From Desulfurococcales archaeon (GTDB lineage Archaea; Thermoproteota; Thermoprotei_A; Sulfolobales; Desulfurococcaceae): DNA of 64,000 nucleotides. Below, piece after piece: positions 38,737 through 49,320 of the stretch. Position 1 is the first letter of the stretch, and every line of letters starts with the position of its first letter. The notes below the pieces were generated by a model, which saw only the letters and a program-made list of their open reading frames with translations, was not told where the DNA came from and ran no database searches. Location: positions 29,140 through 93,139 of the forward strand of contig JALVYU010000030.1 in assembly GCA_027022365.1 (NCBI GenBank). Direction: 5' to 3'. The translations under genes and the position numbers were made by a program.

Positions 38737-41130
38737 ATGAAAACATGTAAGAACAAGCTCTTGGCATCTGTGATAATCATCGCTATGATCGCTGTAGCCG
38801 TATGGTTGAGTATATGGTATTCCGGGCAGACACGAATTAATCCCCAAAACAATACTACGACATCCCAGCAAACCCTGCCCCCTAATCATACGGAAACGGG
38901 AGTGTCGAAGACACTACGGACTCCTCCGCCCCGCTCGACGTTAAAGCGTATTCTCTCTATAATAGGAGCGGACAAGCGACTGGGTAAAGCAGTCGTCCTC
39001 GACGCTGCCCCATGGAATAATGTCCCGCCATCGCCTTACCCAAGCCTTCCATTCTCAGAGTACCTACCCATCCCAAACAATACCGCTTATCTGCATAGCT
39101 TCGCGGAGGCGCTGGTCAAAGGCAGACCCGTAGGTTACCGAGAATACATGTTACCTGAGGGTGTAGCATTAATCGTTGTTGAGACGAGGTACAAGGGTGG
39201 AGAATACTCGATAATATACTCGTTCATAGAAAACATAACGGAGTGGGCTTCAAAGCTGGCACAGTACTCCGTCATAACATTATCTCTCGGCACCACATGC
39301 GAAGACGCTCTATCAAGGCTTCTCAGAAGCAATCTCACAGAGAGCCGGGACATAATATGGAGGATACCATTTCCATGGAACGGCTCAGCACAAGATACTG
39401 TGATGAACGCCCTGGCACTCGTGGAAATGCCCGTATTCGGCCATGAATGGCCGCTGAGCCTGAGGCTCCTCGAAGAGAAGATGGCGTGGACATTTATAGC
39501 TTCCCCAGCAATATTCTACGCATTAAATCAGACTCTCCCCCCACACATAAGTCCTGGCCAGATATATGTTGATGTACTCCCCCGAGTAGTTAAAGTAGTA
39601 GTACTTCCCGGCGTAACATATTATCCGGTCACAAAGTATTATGAGAGCCCGGTCATGATCAGGTTGACTGGTAGAGGAGTATGTAAAGACTATGCATATG
39701 CAACGGCTTTCCTCGCGGACTCACTAGGGCTGATAGCGGTAGACATGTTCGGTGTAGACCCGAGGACGGGCGTAAATCATTCCCTGTCGGGGATAATCAT
39801 ACCCTCAAGCATGGGGATCGGGAAGGGCGTCCAGATAATACCCGATATAGACGGCGATAACGCCAAGGAATATTTATTCCCACTCGTCGACACGGCTAAA
39901 GTACCGTTGAATCTCCTCGTTAAAGCAGGTTTCACAAAGCACATGATAATCGATCCTGGGATACCCATCCTAGGAATGGATCCGTATAGGGAGGACATTG
40001 ATTACTACTGGTACGTCCAGTACCTCGAAGGCCTAGATAAAGACTATAGAAGCATACCCCAGCCCTTCAAGCCGCCGTGGGCAGACAATATAGACAAGCA
40101 GATGCTACAGATTGCACACCTATACACCGGTATAACGACTAACTATACATGGCTAGCCGTCGAACTGGTCAGGAAAGGCGGAATAACAAGTAGGACATTC
40201 TCATGGTTTGATATAGGGCCGGTAAGTGTACAGGAAGCCTTCAACCTAGCATTATCGGAGGCACCATTAGACATTACAACCTATACTCCAAAGAAATGGA
40301 TCGAGGTATTCACCGAGTTTTTCACAGAAAGAATAACTACCCCATTCATTATGATGGCTAGTCCCCTACATATAGGTAGACCCGCGGCAGGCATACCGAA
40401 GTGGTATTGGAACCTAATATATAGGCTTTGGAGCATAGGCTCAACAATCACTTCACCCAACAGTAACGGTAACGGAAACAAGCCCACAAAGTTATTATAC
40501 ATGACAGCCTACCCGATCTTTCAGCACAAGAATAATACATATGTATTTCTCTTATTCCGGGGAGAGAAAATAATCAATGGTACAAGGTATATCGTCTCAA
40601 TAATACCTACAGCCAGAAAAGGATTAGTAGGGGTAATCGTTGCCATAGGGTCGCATATATATGAGTTCCTCTACAAAGTCACCCCAAGTGATTGGCCAGT
40701 GCTACGCATAGATAAGAGCTTTGATGGTTATGGCGGATTAGTTGTCCGGATAAACCGTACCTTTGAGTATAGGGTGCACATTAAGATTAATAAGACTGGT
40801 AACAAATTGGTTGTGAGATCTAAATATTCCGGTGAATTCCTTGATTTTACATACTACATCAATATTAGAGACAATATGTTTTATATGAAGGTCGATATTG
40901 TAGGAGGCCTTCCACCGATCCTAGCTGCAGAGATAATAGTACATTACAAGGGAGACAAGGGGTACGAGGAACTAAAACCTTATGTGTATACACACGGGAC
41001 AACTGGCGGCATAGTAGATACGGGTGAGCACTTATCACTAATAGGTACTCTTAGTGATATCGACTACATAGTGGTCTACGTCCAGGCAATGGCGGGTTAT
41101 CTAACTATATATTTCGATCTCTCCTCCTGA
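38737..41130 (+). CDS. Membrane-anchored transglutaminase-like (Cys-His-Asp) surface protein
   Basis: N-terminal anchor; GVCKDYA, NHSLS, LVDTA triad; DIDGD motif; paralog of 52984-55374. Confidence 0.7.
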   Translation: MKTCKNKLLASVIIIAMIAVAVWLSIWYSGQTRINPQNNTTTSQQTLPPNHTETGVSKTLRTPPPRSTLKRILSIIGADKRLGKAVVLDAAPWNNVPPSPYPSLPFSEYLPIPNNTAYLHSFAEALVKGRPVGYREYMLPEGVALIVVETRYKGGEYSIIYSFIENITEWASKLAQYSVITLSLGTTCEDALSRLLRSNLTESRDIIWRIPFPWNGSAQDTVMNALALVEMPVFGHEWPLSLRLLEEKMAWTFIASPAIFYALNQTLPPHISPGQIYVDVLPRVVKVVVLPGVTYYPVTKYYESPVMIRLTGRGVCKDYAYATAFLADSLGLIAVDMFGVDPRTGVNHSLSGIIIPSSMGIGKGVQIIPDIDGDNAKEYLFPLVDTAKVPLNLLVKAGFTKHMIIDPGIPILGMDPYREDIDYYWYVQYLEGLDKDYRSIPQPFKPPWADNIDKQMLQIAHLYTGITTNYTWLAVELVRKGGITSRTFSWFDIGPVSVQEAFNLALSEAPLDITTYTPKKWIEVFTEFFTERITTPFIMMASPLHIGRPAAGIPKWYWNLIYRLWSIGSTITSPNSNGNGNKPTKLLYMTAYPIFQHKNNTYVFLLFRGEKIINGTRYIVSIIPTARKGLVGVIVAIGSHIYEFLYKVTPSDWPVLRIDKSFDGYGGLVVRINRTFEYRVHIKINKTGNKLVVRSKYSGEFLDFTYYINIRDNMFYMKVDIVGGLPPILAAEIIVHYKGDKGYEELKPYVYTHGTTGGIVDTGEHLSLIGTLSDIDYIVVYVQAMAGYLTIYFDLSS

Positions 41131-41587
41131 GGCAGCGTTTTATACTGTCTGGTGTGGGCAGCATAGGGGTTTTACGCATGTATTCCCTGTACTTGTCGCC
41201 CCAGTACTCGATCAGTTCTTTCTCCTCTATTTTCATGAGGATTACCCAGAAAGGTATCGTGGCGAGCCAGGCAACTAGTCCTGGCAAGCTCCCTTGGATT
41301 AATGGTATGCTCAGCTGGTTAATCATAGTCCAGAAGTAGAATGGATGCCTGCACAGGCTGTAGGGGCCCCAAGTAATTAGTTCTGGGAAGTCGGAGGGCT
41401 TATCGTGTCTCTCGGGGAATAATCTATGTAGACGCATCATCTGACAAATAGAATAGAGGAAAAGAAGCCCGCCAATGATTAGAAGCAGTGGTTGGAGAAA
41501 CAATAGTCTTGGGCCATAAAAGGATAATAACACAATTACAAGGTATGATAGGATGAATAATGGTCTTCTAATCCTGGTGCTCTCCAT
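41105..41587 (-). CDS. Isoprenylcysteine carboxyl methyltransferase/PEMT family membrane protein
   Basis: LITWGPYSLCRHPFY and EEKELIEYWGDKYREY motifs. Confidence 0.88.
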   Translation of the reverse strand: MESTRIRRPLFILSYLVIVLLSFYGPRLLFLQPLLLIIGGLLFLYSICQMMRLHRLFPERHDKPSDFPELITWGPYSLCRHPFYFWTMINQLSIPLIQGSLPGLVAWLATIPFWVILMKIEEKELIEYWGDKYREYMRKTPMLPTPDSIKRCLRRRDRNI

Positions 41588-41680
41588 GAGTTTACCACCG
41601 GAGACAAAGCCACATATTTCCGATGAGGTTTCGAAGCATTCTTGCATAATAGTAGTTCTGTAAAGATCTCTGTAAATAAG

Positions 41681-42301
41681 CTATTTCTTCATATAGAATT
41701 TAATTCTATTGAGATCATTGGGCGTGTCAAGATCAAGTATTATTCCGGGAAACCACAGCTCTAAGACCAAGGTATTCCGCCGGTATTTCCTGGTCAATTC
41801 CTTTAATCCTCTCTTTTCTTCCGATATGCCTAGTATTTCGGGCACGGTCTCCCTTGTAAAGAGTATTGGGTGTCCCTTCCTTTCATTGTATGACGCAACT
41901 ATTATCCTATAGAGATCTCTGCTTATGACATGTTTTTCCGTTATAAACCTATATACTAGAGGATGGATCCAAGCAGCATCCCCAGGCGTGATGAATACTC
42001 CGCGGTACGCCTTTATGTTTTTCACGACATAGCCTACACCGGCTTTAACGCTTGATGACATACCTTCATAGTAGTTCTTGTTATATACTTCAACATAGTT
42101 TAGGTTGCTCAGAGCGTCAATGATCTTTTTCCTCATATACCCGGTAACCACTACTACGGGGCCTACGCCCGCCTCTAGAGCATTCTCGACAGTCATCCTA
42201 ACAACGGGTTTACCCGGCTCGTACTCGTAGAGAAGCTTATTTCCGGGGAATCTCTTGCTAAGCCCGGCGGCCAACACTATTATTGGGTATTCGTGTACCA
42301 C
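41681..42301 (-). CDS. mocA: Molybdenum cofactor cytidylyltransferase (MocA-like NTP transferase)
   Basis: LAAGLSKRF..NKLL, GMSSSVKAG, GHPILF, DLDTPNDL. Confidence 0.85.
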   Translation of the reverse strand: MVHEYPIIVLAAGLSKRFPGNKLLYEYEPGKPVVRMTVENALEAGVGPVVVVTGYMRKKIIDALSNLNYVEVYNKNYYEGMSSSVKAGVGYVVKNIKAYRGVFITPGDAAWIHPLVYRFITEKHVISRDLYRIIVASYNERKGHPILFTRETVPEILGISEEKRGLKELTRKYRRNTLVLELWFPGIILDLDTPNDLNRIKFYMKK

Positions 42302-42392
42302 TTCTGATACCCATATGCGTGCTTGGTCTCCGGTCTTTATCCTATCATTATAGATAGGGTGTTTATACCTACGAGTGAAATGATGAAAAACG

Positions 42393-43481
42393 TCAGCCCC
42401 CTATTTTTATGGATCCTCCGAATAGTCCTCCCTTCTTTATTATGAAGACTAGCTTTCCACGCCAGTACCTAGCTACCCGCTTATATATATTTTTGAAGAC
42501 GGATTCCACATCGGCCATTTTCCAGGAATCCTTCGTTGGGTTAAACACTATTTCTAGCCCTCCGTCAGGAGTCGCCCTGTAAGTTACCGATTTTATTGTG
42601 ACATCTTCTTTATTGGCGAGTATGATTGATTCGCCCACTATACGTGCAGCGTACATGTCTTCTCTCCGCTCGAGCACAAGTTCTCTGCGGTAGTCGCCGA
42701 AACTTATTCCCAGTTTCGCCCTTGCAGGATAACCATAGGCCTCGACATATTTCGAGAACAGGGCATACAGCATTACTTCGGGGTCGAGCCACGGGGTCAC
42801 GGGCTCCATCAGAGCATCTATTAAGCACGTATTTCTCTCTCTTTTAATGGTAACAGATATGGGTGTGAAGCCTAAGTCTATAAGAATATTCTTCATTTCC
42901 TTCTCAAGATCTATTACGGGTTTTTGTTGCTTCTCCCTAATAGCTTCTAGGCTAGGCTTTTCTTCACGTGTCTGAGGCGCGGGACGCGGCTTTTCAGACG
43001 GCCCTAATGAGGGGGTTTTCAGCCTAGGCTTTTCCTCCTCTTTACTTGGCTTCGGAGCTTGTTTACCCGGCTTTGCCGTAGCTGGTTTTAAGCTCGGTAT
43101 CTTTTTGTCCTTGAATATGTCAAGCAATATGTCCTCGGGGACCTTGTATACGTCGATCCATTTCGCGGTGCAGCGAGTTCTTAGCTTTGCAATACGGTTC
43201 CATGCTTGTTCTCCATATATTTTTTGGCCGGAAATACTCATTATGGCCGCTATTACTAGGCCTCCTAAAACATATAATGTGGCTTCCGCTTCCTCGCCGT
43301 TCTCCTCGAATCGGATCACGATCTTGTAGAAGCCCCGTGCAAGAGAATCTATCCATTCCCTCTTGATCCACTCGCATGCTGCGGAGCCGCTGTGGCTAAG
43401 GATGGGTTCTTGGATCAGTGTTATCCGTGCCTTGATTAAAGCGGAATCAAATATTCTGCTTGACTCCTCTATACTTGTCAA
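42393..43481 (-). CDS. Hypothetical two-domain protein with P/K/E-rich linker
   Basis: 362-aa ORF with no recognised catalytic motif. Confidence 0.7.
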   Translation of the reverse strand: MTSIEESSRIFDSALIKARITLIQEPILSHSGSAACEWIKREWIDSLARGFYKIVIRFEENGEEAEATLYVLGGLVIAAIMSISGQKIYGEQAWNRIAKLRTRCTAKWIDVYKVPEDILLDIFKDKKIPSLKPATAKPGKQAPKPSKEEEKPRLKTPSLGPSEKPRPAPQTREEKPSLEAIREKQQKPVIDLEKEMKNILIDLGFTPISVTIKRERNTCLIDALMEPVTPWLDPEVMLYALFSKYVEAYGYPARAKLGISFGDYRRELVLERREDMYAARIVGESIILANKEDVTIKSVTYRATPDGGLEIVFNPTKDSWKMADVESVFKNIYKRVARYWRGKLVFIIKKGGLFGGSIKIGG

Positions 43482-43643
43482 GGCTCATTCTCTCCGTATT
43501 CTATGAGGAGATGTTTTACTTCACTATGTTATCGTAGTTTAAAATATTAATTCTTATCTTATCAATCGATACACGTATAGTATATAAACAAGTATATATT
43601 GCAGCGTAATTATATGTACTAGGACTACAAATTAGGTTATGCC

Positions 43644-43958
43644 CTAATAATTCATCACTTTGTCTAAGGTCTTCTGTCCCACCGCATCATTGTATGCCCG
43701 CCTCAGGCCATCGAGAATATCCTCTGGGGTGATGCCTAGGAGCGAGGAATCCTCAATGAGCCTCCTAGTCTTAATAAGTGCCTCGCCAAGCCTGCATCCC
43801 GGAAGCTTCTTCTCAATATCATTTATGAGGGTCTCGGGATACGCGAAGAAATCGCCGCTTATAAAACACTTTCTTATTACCCCCCGGTCATCTACTAAGA
43901 GATCAATAACTAGGGTCTTCCCAGCCCGGGATCTTATGATGCTCCTGCCCCACCTCAT
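43644..43958 (-). CDS. lplB: Lipoate-protein ligase small (C-terminal domain) subunit
   Basis: GKTLVIDL, ISGDFFAYPE..I..IE..L.G motif; ATG overlaps lplA stop. Confidence 0.85.
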   Translation of the reverse strand: MRWGRSIIRSRAGKTLVIDLLVDDRGVIRKCFISGDFFAYPETLINDIEKKLPGCRLGEALIKTRRLIEDSSLLGITPEDILDGLRRAYNDAVGQKTLDKVMNY

Positions 43959-44710
43959 TTCCTGAACACCCACTCCTCGTCCTTGTACTTAGAGATCAGT
44001 CTCTCGGCCAAGAGAAGCTCTTCCTTGGTGTGACGTGAGGGCTTAAGCTCTATGCCGAGGGATCGGGAGAAACCTTTCTTCAGCGCCTCTAGAACCTCTG
44101 AGAGTCCCGGTCTTCTACCAATTATCTCTGATAAGGTGGTGACTCGATCCCTTATTGATGACACGCCGTGGCTCTCCAGCTTCTCTCTAGGTGCTTTTAG
44201 GCATTGTGATAGCTTATCCAGGTCTGTCGCGTACATGAATGTACCATGTTGTAGTAGTGCCTTCTTCTTCCTGGTCTGAGCACTACCGCTTATCTTCTTA
44301 CCGTCTACTACCACGTCGTTTACGGGCTTAAACTCCGCTTTAACACCGAAGAATCCGAGAGCATATACTATTCCCCTGCATATCCGTCGATAAGACTCAA
44401 GAATGTCTTCGCCTACATCGCTTATATCCGCCACAACGCTATAGGTGACCTCCCCCGAGCCGTCATGATATACGCTCCCGCCGCCAGTGATCCTCCTCGT
44501 CAAGGGTATCCCGTGCTCCCTTATGTAGTCGAGGTTAACGCTGTCCTCTACACGCTGGAAATAACCTATGGTGACACCATCCGGCAGTATCCTGTAGAGG
44601 CGGAGAGTATTCGGTATCCTGCCCTGCTCACGTAGCTGTAGCATTGCCTCGTCCAGGGCCATGCACCAGTACAGGTCTCCCTCGTCGACTATGAGACGCC
44701 ACTCAGCCAA
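43955..44710 (-). CDS. lplA: Lipoate-protein ligase catalytic subunit
   Basis: MALDEA, IGYFQ, RRITGGGSVYHD, NDV..GKKISGSAQ, QHGT. Confidence 0.93.
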   Translation of the reverse strand: MAEWRLIVDEGDLYWCMALDEAMLQLREQGRIPNTLRLYRILPDGVTIGYFQRVEDSVNLDYIREHGIPLTRRITGGGSVYHDGSGEVTYSVVADISDVGEDILESYRRICRGIVYALGFFGVKAEFKPVNDVVVDGKKISGSAQTRKKKALLQHGTFMYATDLDKLSQCLKAPREKLESHGVSSIRDRVTTLSEIIGRRPGLSEVLEALKKGFSRSLGIELKPSRHTKEELLLAERLISKYKDEEWVFRK

Positions 44711-44789
44711 GGAGACCACCATGTACAGGATACACCATATACTAGTCACACATAATTATTATTGCTCTTAGAACAACATGGTTGAGTAG

Positions 44790-45758
44790 GTGCTAGGGGT
44801 ATTGCTTATCAGGGCCTCTATCGGCAGCCAGGCAGTACTAGGGCTCGCTAGCCTCAGAATGCTCGTGGCCCCCACAACGATATATCTGCTACAGTACTCG
44901 CCAACAGGTTGTAGTGGGGGATGCATATATTGTCCTCAGAGCCGCAGGTATGGTGGGGGAAGCGACTATGTTTCTAGGATCGAGTGGCCACCCATAGATC
45001 TTGAGGTCGTGAAAGATGCTCTCCGAAGCCATGATAACTACTCGAGAGTCTGTCTCCAATCCATACTTAGGCCGGGCTGGATCGATGAATATATGGTTCT
45101 TGCAAGAGAGATCAGGAGATCAACGTCTAGGCCGATCAGCGCGGCGGTGAACATAATGGATCACGATGGGCTCGTAGAACTCAGAGAGATAGGCGTCGAT
45201 AGAATCGGGGTCGGACTAGATGCTGTGTCCCCGCATGTCTTCGTGGAAGTCGGGAAGCCTGGAACATGGAATGCCTATTGGCGGTTTATTCGTGATTCTA
45301 TCAGGGTTTTCGGCGAAGACCATGTTACGGTACATATAATACTCGGCCTTGGAGAAACCGAGGAAGAAACTATCAGGGCGCTTGTAGGGATATACAGTGA
45401 AGGAGCTAGAGCGGCTCTCTTCGCATATACCCATGCCCCGGGTACAATGAGGATAGGTAGAAGGCCGGACATACGCTACTATAGGAGGATCCAGGTTCTA
45501 AACTATCTCCTCAGCAGAGGCTGGAGCCCGGAAGAGCTTTTCAGTAATAACCGTGTTAGGCCCGAGGTAGCAGAGATGATCAGAGAACACCCGTTTAAAT
45601 ACCTGGAAGCCGTGCTCACGAGCGGGTGCCCGGGATGTAATAGGCCCTTCTATAATGAGAGGCCTAGAGGCCCGATCTACAACTACCCCTCCCATGAACT
45701 GCTTGAGAGAGACAAGGAAAAAGTAGCCGGTGAGATCAGAAAGGCTTTCGAGATGTAG
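44790..45758 (+). CDS. lipS2: Radical SAM archaeal lipoyl synthase component LipS2
   Basis: CSGGCIYC plus TSGCPGCNRP motif; divergent from lplA. Confidence 0.85.
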   Translation: MLGVLLIRASIGSQAVLGLASLRMLVAPTTIYLLQYSPTGCSGGCIYCPQSRRYGGGSDYVSRIEWPPIDLEVVKDALRSHDNYSRVCLQSILRPGWIDEYMVLAREIRRSTSRPISAAVNIMDHDGLVELREIGVDRIGVGLDAVSPHVFVEVGKPGTWNAYWRFIRDSIRVFGEDHVTVHIILGLGETEEETIRALVGIYSEGARAALFAYTHAPGTMRIGRRPDIRYYRRIQVLNYLLSRGWSPEELFSNNRVRPEVAEMIREHPFKYLEAVLTSGCPGCNRPFYNERPRGPIYNYPSHELLERDKEKVAGEIRKAFEM

Positions 45759-45762
45759 CTCC

Positions 45763-46644
45763 ATGCCTAGAAGAAGGATCAGGGCTTACATACCCGGAAG
45801 GGCTTTTCCCTCCGTAAGCATAACTGGGCCGCGGTGCTGGCTGCGGTGCAGATACTGTATGGCAAGATATCTCGGGCAAATGGAGCATGTCGATACGCCT
45901 GAGAGGCTGTACTGGTACGCCCGGCAGATAAGGAAGACTGGTGGCCGCGGAATACTAGTTAGCGGGGGCTACACAGTGGATGGAAAGCTACCCTTCAAGC
46001 CGTTCCTATCGAGCATTAAGAGGATAAAGAAGGAGCTAGGCCTGATAATCAGTATTCACCCCGGCCTCGTTGATCGTTGGGAGGCGGAACAACTGAGAGA
46101 TGCAGGCGTAGATATTGTCGACTACGAGCTTATCCTCGACGAGGCCGTCATTAGACATATACTGGGCCTCAAGAAAACACCGGATGATTTTATCAAGTCT
46201 TTCGAACACCTTCTCAGCCACGGCCCATCATATGTGGCTCCCCATTTACTTGTTGGCGCCAATTACGGCGTCGTTTCATGGGAGTATAGAGCCGTAGATC
46301 TGCTTGCATCATATAAGCCATACACAATAGTGTTTCTCTCCCTAATACCGACAAAACATACTCCAATGGAAAAAGCGTCTCCACCACCGCCTAGCTCGTT
46401 CATCGAACTGCTTCGATACGCACGTGAAAAACGCCCGTCCTGGATAATCAGCGTAGGATGTATGAGGCCTAGGCAATACAAGGTCCATGTAGACCCCATC
46501 ATTATTGATAAGGAATTAGCAGACAGGATAGTACTGCCTCGCCGAGAATACATCATAGAATATGGATTAGACATTATGAATGCCTGTTGTTCTGTCCCCG
46601 ACGACCTCCTCTACGGGCCCGGATACGATCATCGGATAGCTTGA
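45763..46644 (+). CDS. lipS1: Radical SAM archaeal lipoyl synthase component LipS1
   Basis: SITG..CWLRCRYC plus GCMRP and C-terminal CC motifs. Confidence 0.85.
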   Translation: MPRRRIRAYIPGRAFPSVSITGPRCWLRCRYCMARYLGQMEHVDTPERLYWYARQIRKTGGRGILVSGGYTVDGKLPFKPFLSSIKRIKKELGLIISIHPGLVDRWEAEQLRDAGVDIVDYELILDEAVIRHILGLKKTPDDFIKSFEHLLSHGPSYVAPHLLVGANYGVVSWEYRAVDLLASYKPYTIVFLSLIPTKHTPMEKASPPPPSSFIELLRYAREKRPSWIISVGCMRPRQYKVHVDPIIIDKELADRIVLPRREYIIEYGLDIMNACCSVPDDLLYGPGYDHRIA

Positions 46645-46807
46645 TCCCCGATAGAGCATATGGACACACTGACTAGAGTAGACTTTACATAATGGGTAAT
46701 TCTTTCTCGGGCTACTAGTTCTCGGGGGGAGTAACGATAATCATTAATAATGAGTGCTCCCGTCTTAACTGGAAGTGTGGGCAATTAGCTCGGCCGAGCT
46801 GGTTGCG

Positions 46808-47746
46808 ATGACCTCAGAGCTAACACTGCGGATGAACTCCTCAATTCTCCGGATAAGATCGGATTCTATAGGAAGCATCCTCTCGGGTCTCAGAACCAGC
46901 TTTGCGGGACGCTATATACCGAGCTTCACTATAACTGTGGGTGACTCAGGGGATCCTGATGCGGTTATTGACTGGATGAGTGCTCGTGAAGGCTTCAGAG
47001 TGGATGAGATAAAGATCAATTGTTACCCGGAATACTACCGAGTAGTGAGTGCTCCCCCAGCACCATACATTAATGAAGCACCGTACTTCTTCATTCTACA
47101 GGTTCTCAGCAGGTTATCGACACGTAGATCCCAGATAGTTTTTACGGATACTGTCAGCTTCCTGGATGAAGAGGGAAGAGCGGTCATGCTTATGGGTTAT
47201 CCCCACACGGGTAAAAGCACTCTTACAGCAATCGCTCTCAGCAAGGGCTACATACCATTAACAACTGAGAACACAGTAGTAGATACTTCCAGCGGAGACC
47301 CAGTCGTTGTTGGTGGTACTGGAATACTGGTTTACGACCCGGCTATCAGGCAGCTTTACGGTGTTGATACTCCTGTTCATGAGAAAACACGTCACGGATA
47401 CCTTGTAGTTGATCTTGATGAGGTTGTCCCCGAGCGCCGCAAGTACTTGGAGCGGGGGGTGATTATTGACAGGCTATATGTTCTCCACTGCAGTTTCTCC
47501 AGCAAGGGATCAGACTACAAGTTGATCAAGGGTAGGAAAATAGCTAAGACGCTCTGGTACTTCGCGACAGCACTTGTGAAGGGTATCGACTACTACGAGC
47601 CCTACCCCCTAGACCTGGCGACAACCGAGGTCATGAAAACAATAGGTAGGGCGATCAAGGATATGTCCGCCAAGTACGATGGCCGGTTCTACGAGGTATT
47701 CGGAAGACATGACAAGGTATTCGAGATGATCACTAGTATGAAGTAG
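46808..47746 (+). CDS. P-loop protein, HprK/PEPCK-like kinase fold
   Basis: AVMLMGYPHTGKSTL Walker A, followed by G...LTTEN.V (HprK-like G..L.DD position). Confidence 0.6.
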   Translation: MTSELTLRMNSSILRIRSDSIGSILSGLRTSFAGRYIPSFTITVGDSGDPDAVIDWMSAREGFRVDEIKINCYPEYYRVVSAPPAPYINEAPYFFILQVLSRLSTRRSQIVFTDTVSFLDEEGRAVMLMGYPHTGKSTLTAIALSKGYIPLTTENTVVDTSSGDPVVVGGTGILVYDPAIRQLYGVDTPVHEKTRHGYLVVDLDEVVPERRKYLERGVIIDRLYVLHCSFSSKGSDYKLIKGRKIAKTLWYFATALVKGIDYYEPYPLDLATTEVMKTIGRAIKDMSAKYDGRFYEVFGRHDKVFEMITSMK

Positions 47747-47748
47747 CC

Positions 47749-49317
47749 CTATATTAGGACATCGTAGTACGTCATTATATCGCCAATTATTCTTTCCACG
47801 AACCGTAGTAATGGGTAGGAGACAATGATAGATATTATTCCGCCGGCGACGAGCACCGGGAGCGGTTGACCCGAAAGATAGAAGGCTAAGCTAGATACCC
47901 CCATAAATACAGCTATAACGATTACCTCGAGCAACACGGCGGTTAAGCCCTCAACACTATATATTCCCGCAGTAGTCTCCCTGATCACCTGCCTCTTGCT
48001 TGCGAGATAAGACAGTGTTATTAGCTGCAAGGCTGCCCCGGCGATGCCCGCTGGTAAGTAATATGGTATCATGAGTAGTAGGCGGATCTTATTCATGTAG
48101 AGCGATAATCCTAGAAGCATTATCGCCGCCGCCTCGACACTGTTAACCGCCAGCTTAGAGATAATGGCTCCAGCAACTGGTGCCATGTCGATAACATATG
48201 TCCTGTAAAGCCAGTAGCACCTTAGATCCATTGCTAGGACATGGCTGCTGAGACTATATAGCGCCATACCTATCATCATGGGGATAAAGAACTCTATAAA
48301 CGCAATACCCGTGTCTCCGGGGACCCCTAAGAGCCTCTGTGCAGCGAGACCGGCTAGACCCGCTACGGACAAGAGTACCGTTAGGCCCAGGAGATGCTTT
48401 GAGCCGAGAATCCTGCTGGTAAACAGGTATGAGTACAGTATACTTCTCGGCGAACCATATCTTATGCGGGGAACCCCGCCCTCAACCAGTTTTATGTTAA
48501 CAATTGATCTCGGGCTTAAGTCCTCTATGTCTATTCTCCTGGACAAAACCGAGGCGACAAGGGAGAGCCCACTTATCTCCACGTATCCAAGAAGGAGAAC
48601 AGCGATGGCGCTGGCCAAGCTGACACTCTTAGAGAAAGGATATACGAGTGACGCAGCTATGGGCATATATGGTATTCCGAGGATCAAGGAGTACGTCCCA
48701 GCGATAAGGGAATGCGTTATCCCGGCCGCTAGCAGGGCTATAAACATGATGATCAGCAGTAGTTTGTGCCCTGTCTTCCTAACCGCGAGCTTGAAGAGTA
48801 TCTCGATCATAATGGCGCCTGATAATAGGATTAGGCCTCCAAACATTACGAGGACCCCGCGTATCGGGTCCCCGGTGAACACCATCCCGAATAGGGCGAG
48901 GCCGAAGAATGCTGGCGCTAGTACGAGCGGCGATACCAGTATAGATATTATGTTTGCCAGCATGAACTCGTCCAGGCTGATCGGCTGACTGAGAAGCACC
49001 TCGTACTCTTCTTCCCTCAAATAGATCGGTTTACCCCTGACCAGAGTATAGATGGTGTATATGATTAGGAATCCCGAGATCAAAACTGCTATGGAGCTGT
49101 GATCGAGGCCGAGGCCGTGGAGATAAGGCCTCACGGCATCCAGTATGGTGCGGCTCTGCGCCGCCCCGACAAGGTATTGGAGGGAGTTGATCAAGAATAA
49201 GCCCGTCATTAGAACCAAGAGGATTTGGCCGGAGCGCTTCTTGAGGAACGGGTTGATCGCCCTGTTCTTGACGAGATACCATGCGATATGAAGGACGATC
49301 CTAGGCCTCGTCATCAC
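47749..49317 (-). CDS. Putative ABC exporter permease (12-14 TM)
   Basis: Highly hydrophobic, EEYEVLLSQPIS motif; downstream of ABC ATPase. Confidence 0.78.
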   Translation of the reverse strand: MMTRPRIVLHIAWYLVKNRAINPFLKKRSGQILLVLMTGLFLINSLQYLVGAAQSRTILDAVRPYLHGLGLDHSSIAVLISGFLIIYTIYTLVRGKPIYLREEEYEVLLSQPISLDEFMLANIISILVSPLVLAPAFFGLALFGMVFTGDPIRGVLVMFGGLILLSGAIMIEILFKLAVRKTGHKLLLIIMFIALLAAGITHSLIAGTYSLILGIPYMPIAASLVYPFSKSVSLASAIAVLLLGYVEISGLSLVASVLSRRIDIEDLSPRSIVNIKLVEGGVPRIRYGSPRSILYSYLFTSRILGSKHLLGLTVLLSVAGLAGLAAQRLLGVPGDTGIAFIEFFIPMMIGMALYSLSSHVLAMDLRCYWLYRTYVIDMAPVAGAIISKLAVNSVEAAAIMLLGLSLYMNKIRLLLMIPYYLPAGIAGAALQLITLSYLASKRQVIRETTAGIYSVEGLTAVLLEVIVIAVFMGVSSLAFYLSGQPLPVLVAGGIISIIVSYPLLRFVERIIGDIMTYYDVLI

Positions 49318-49320
49318 GTG

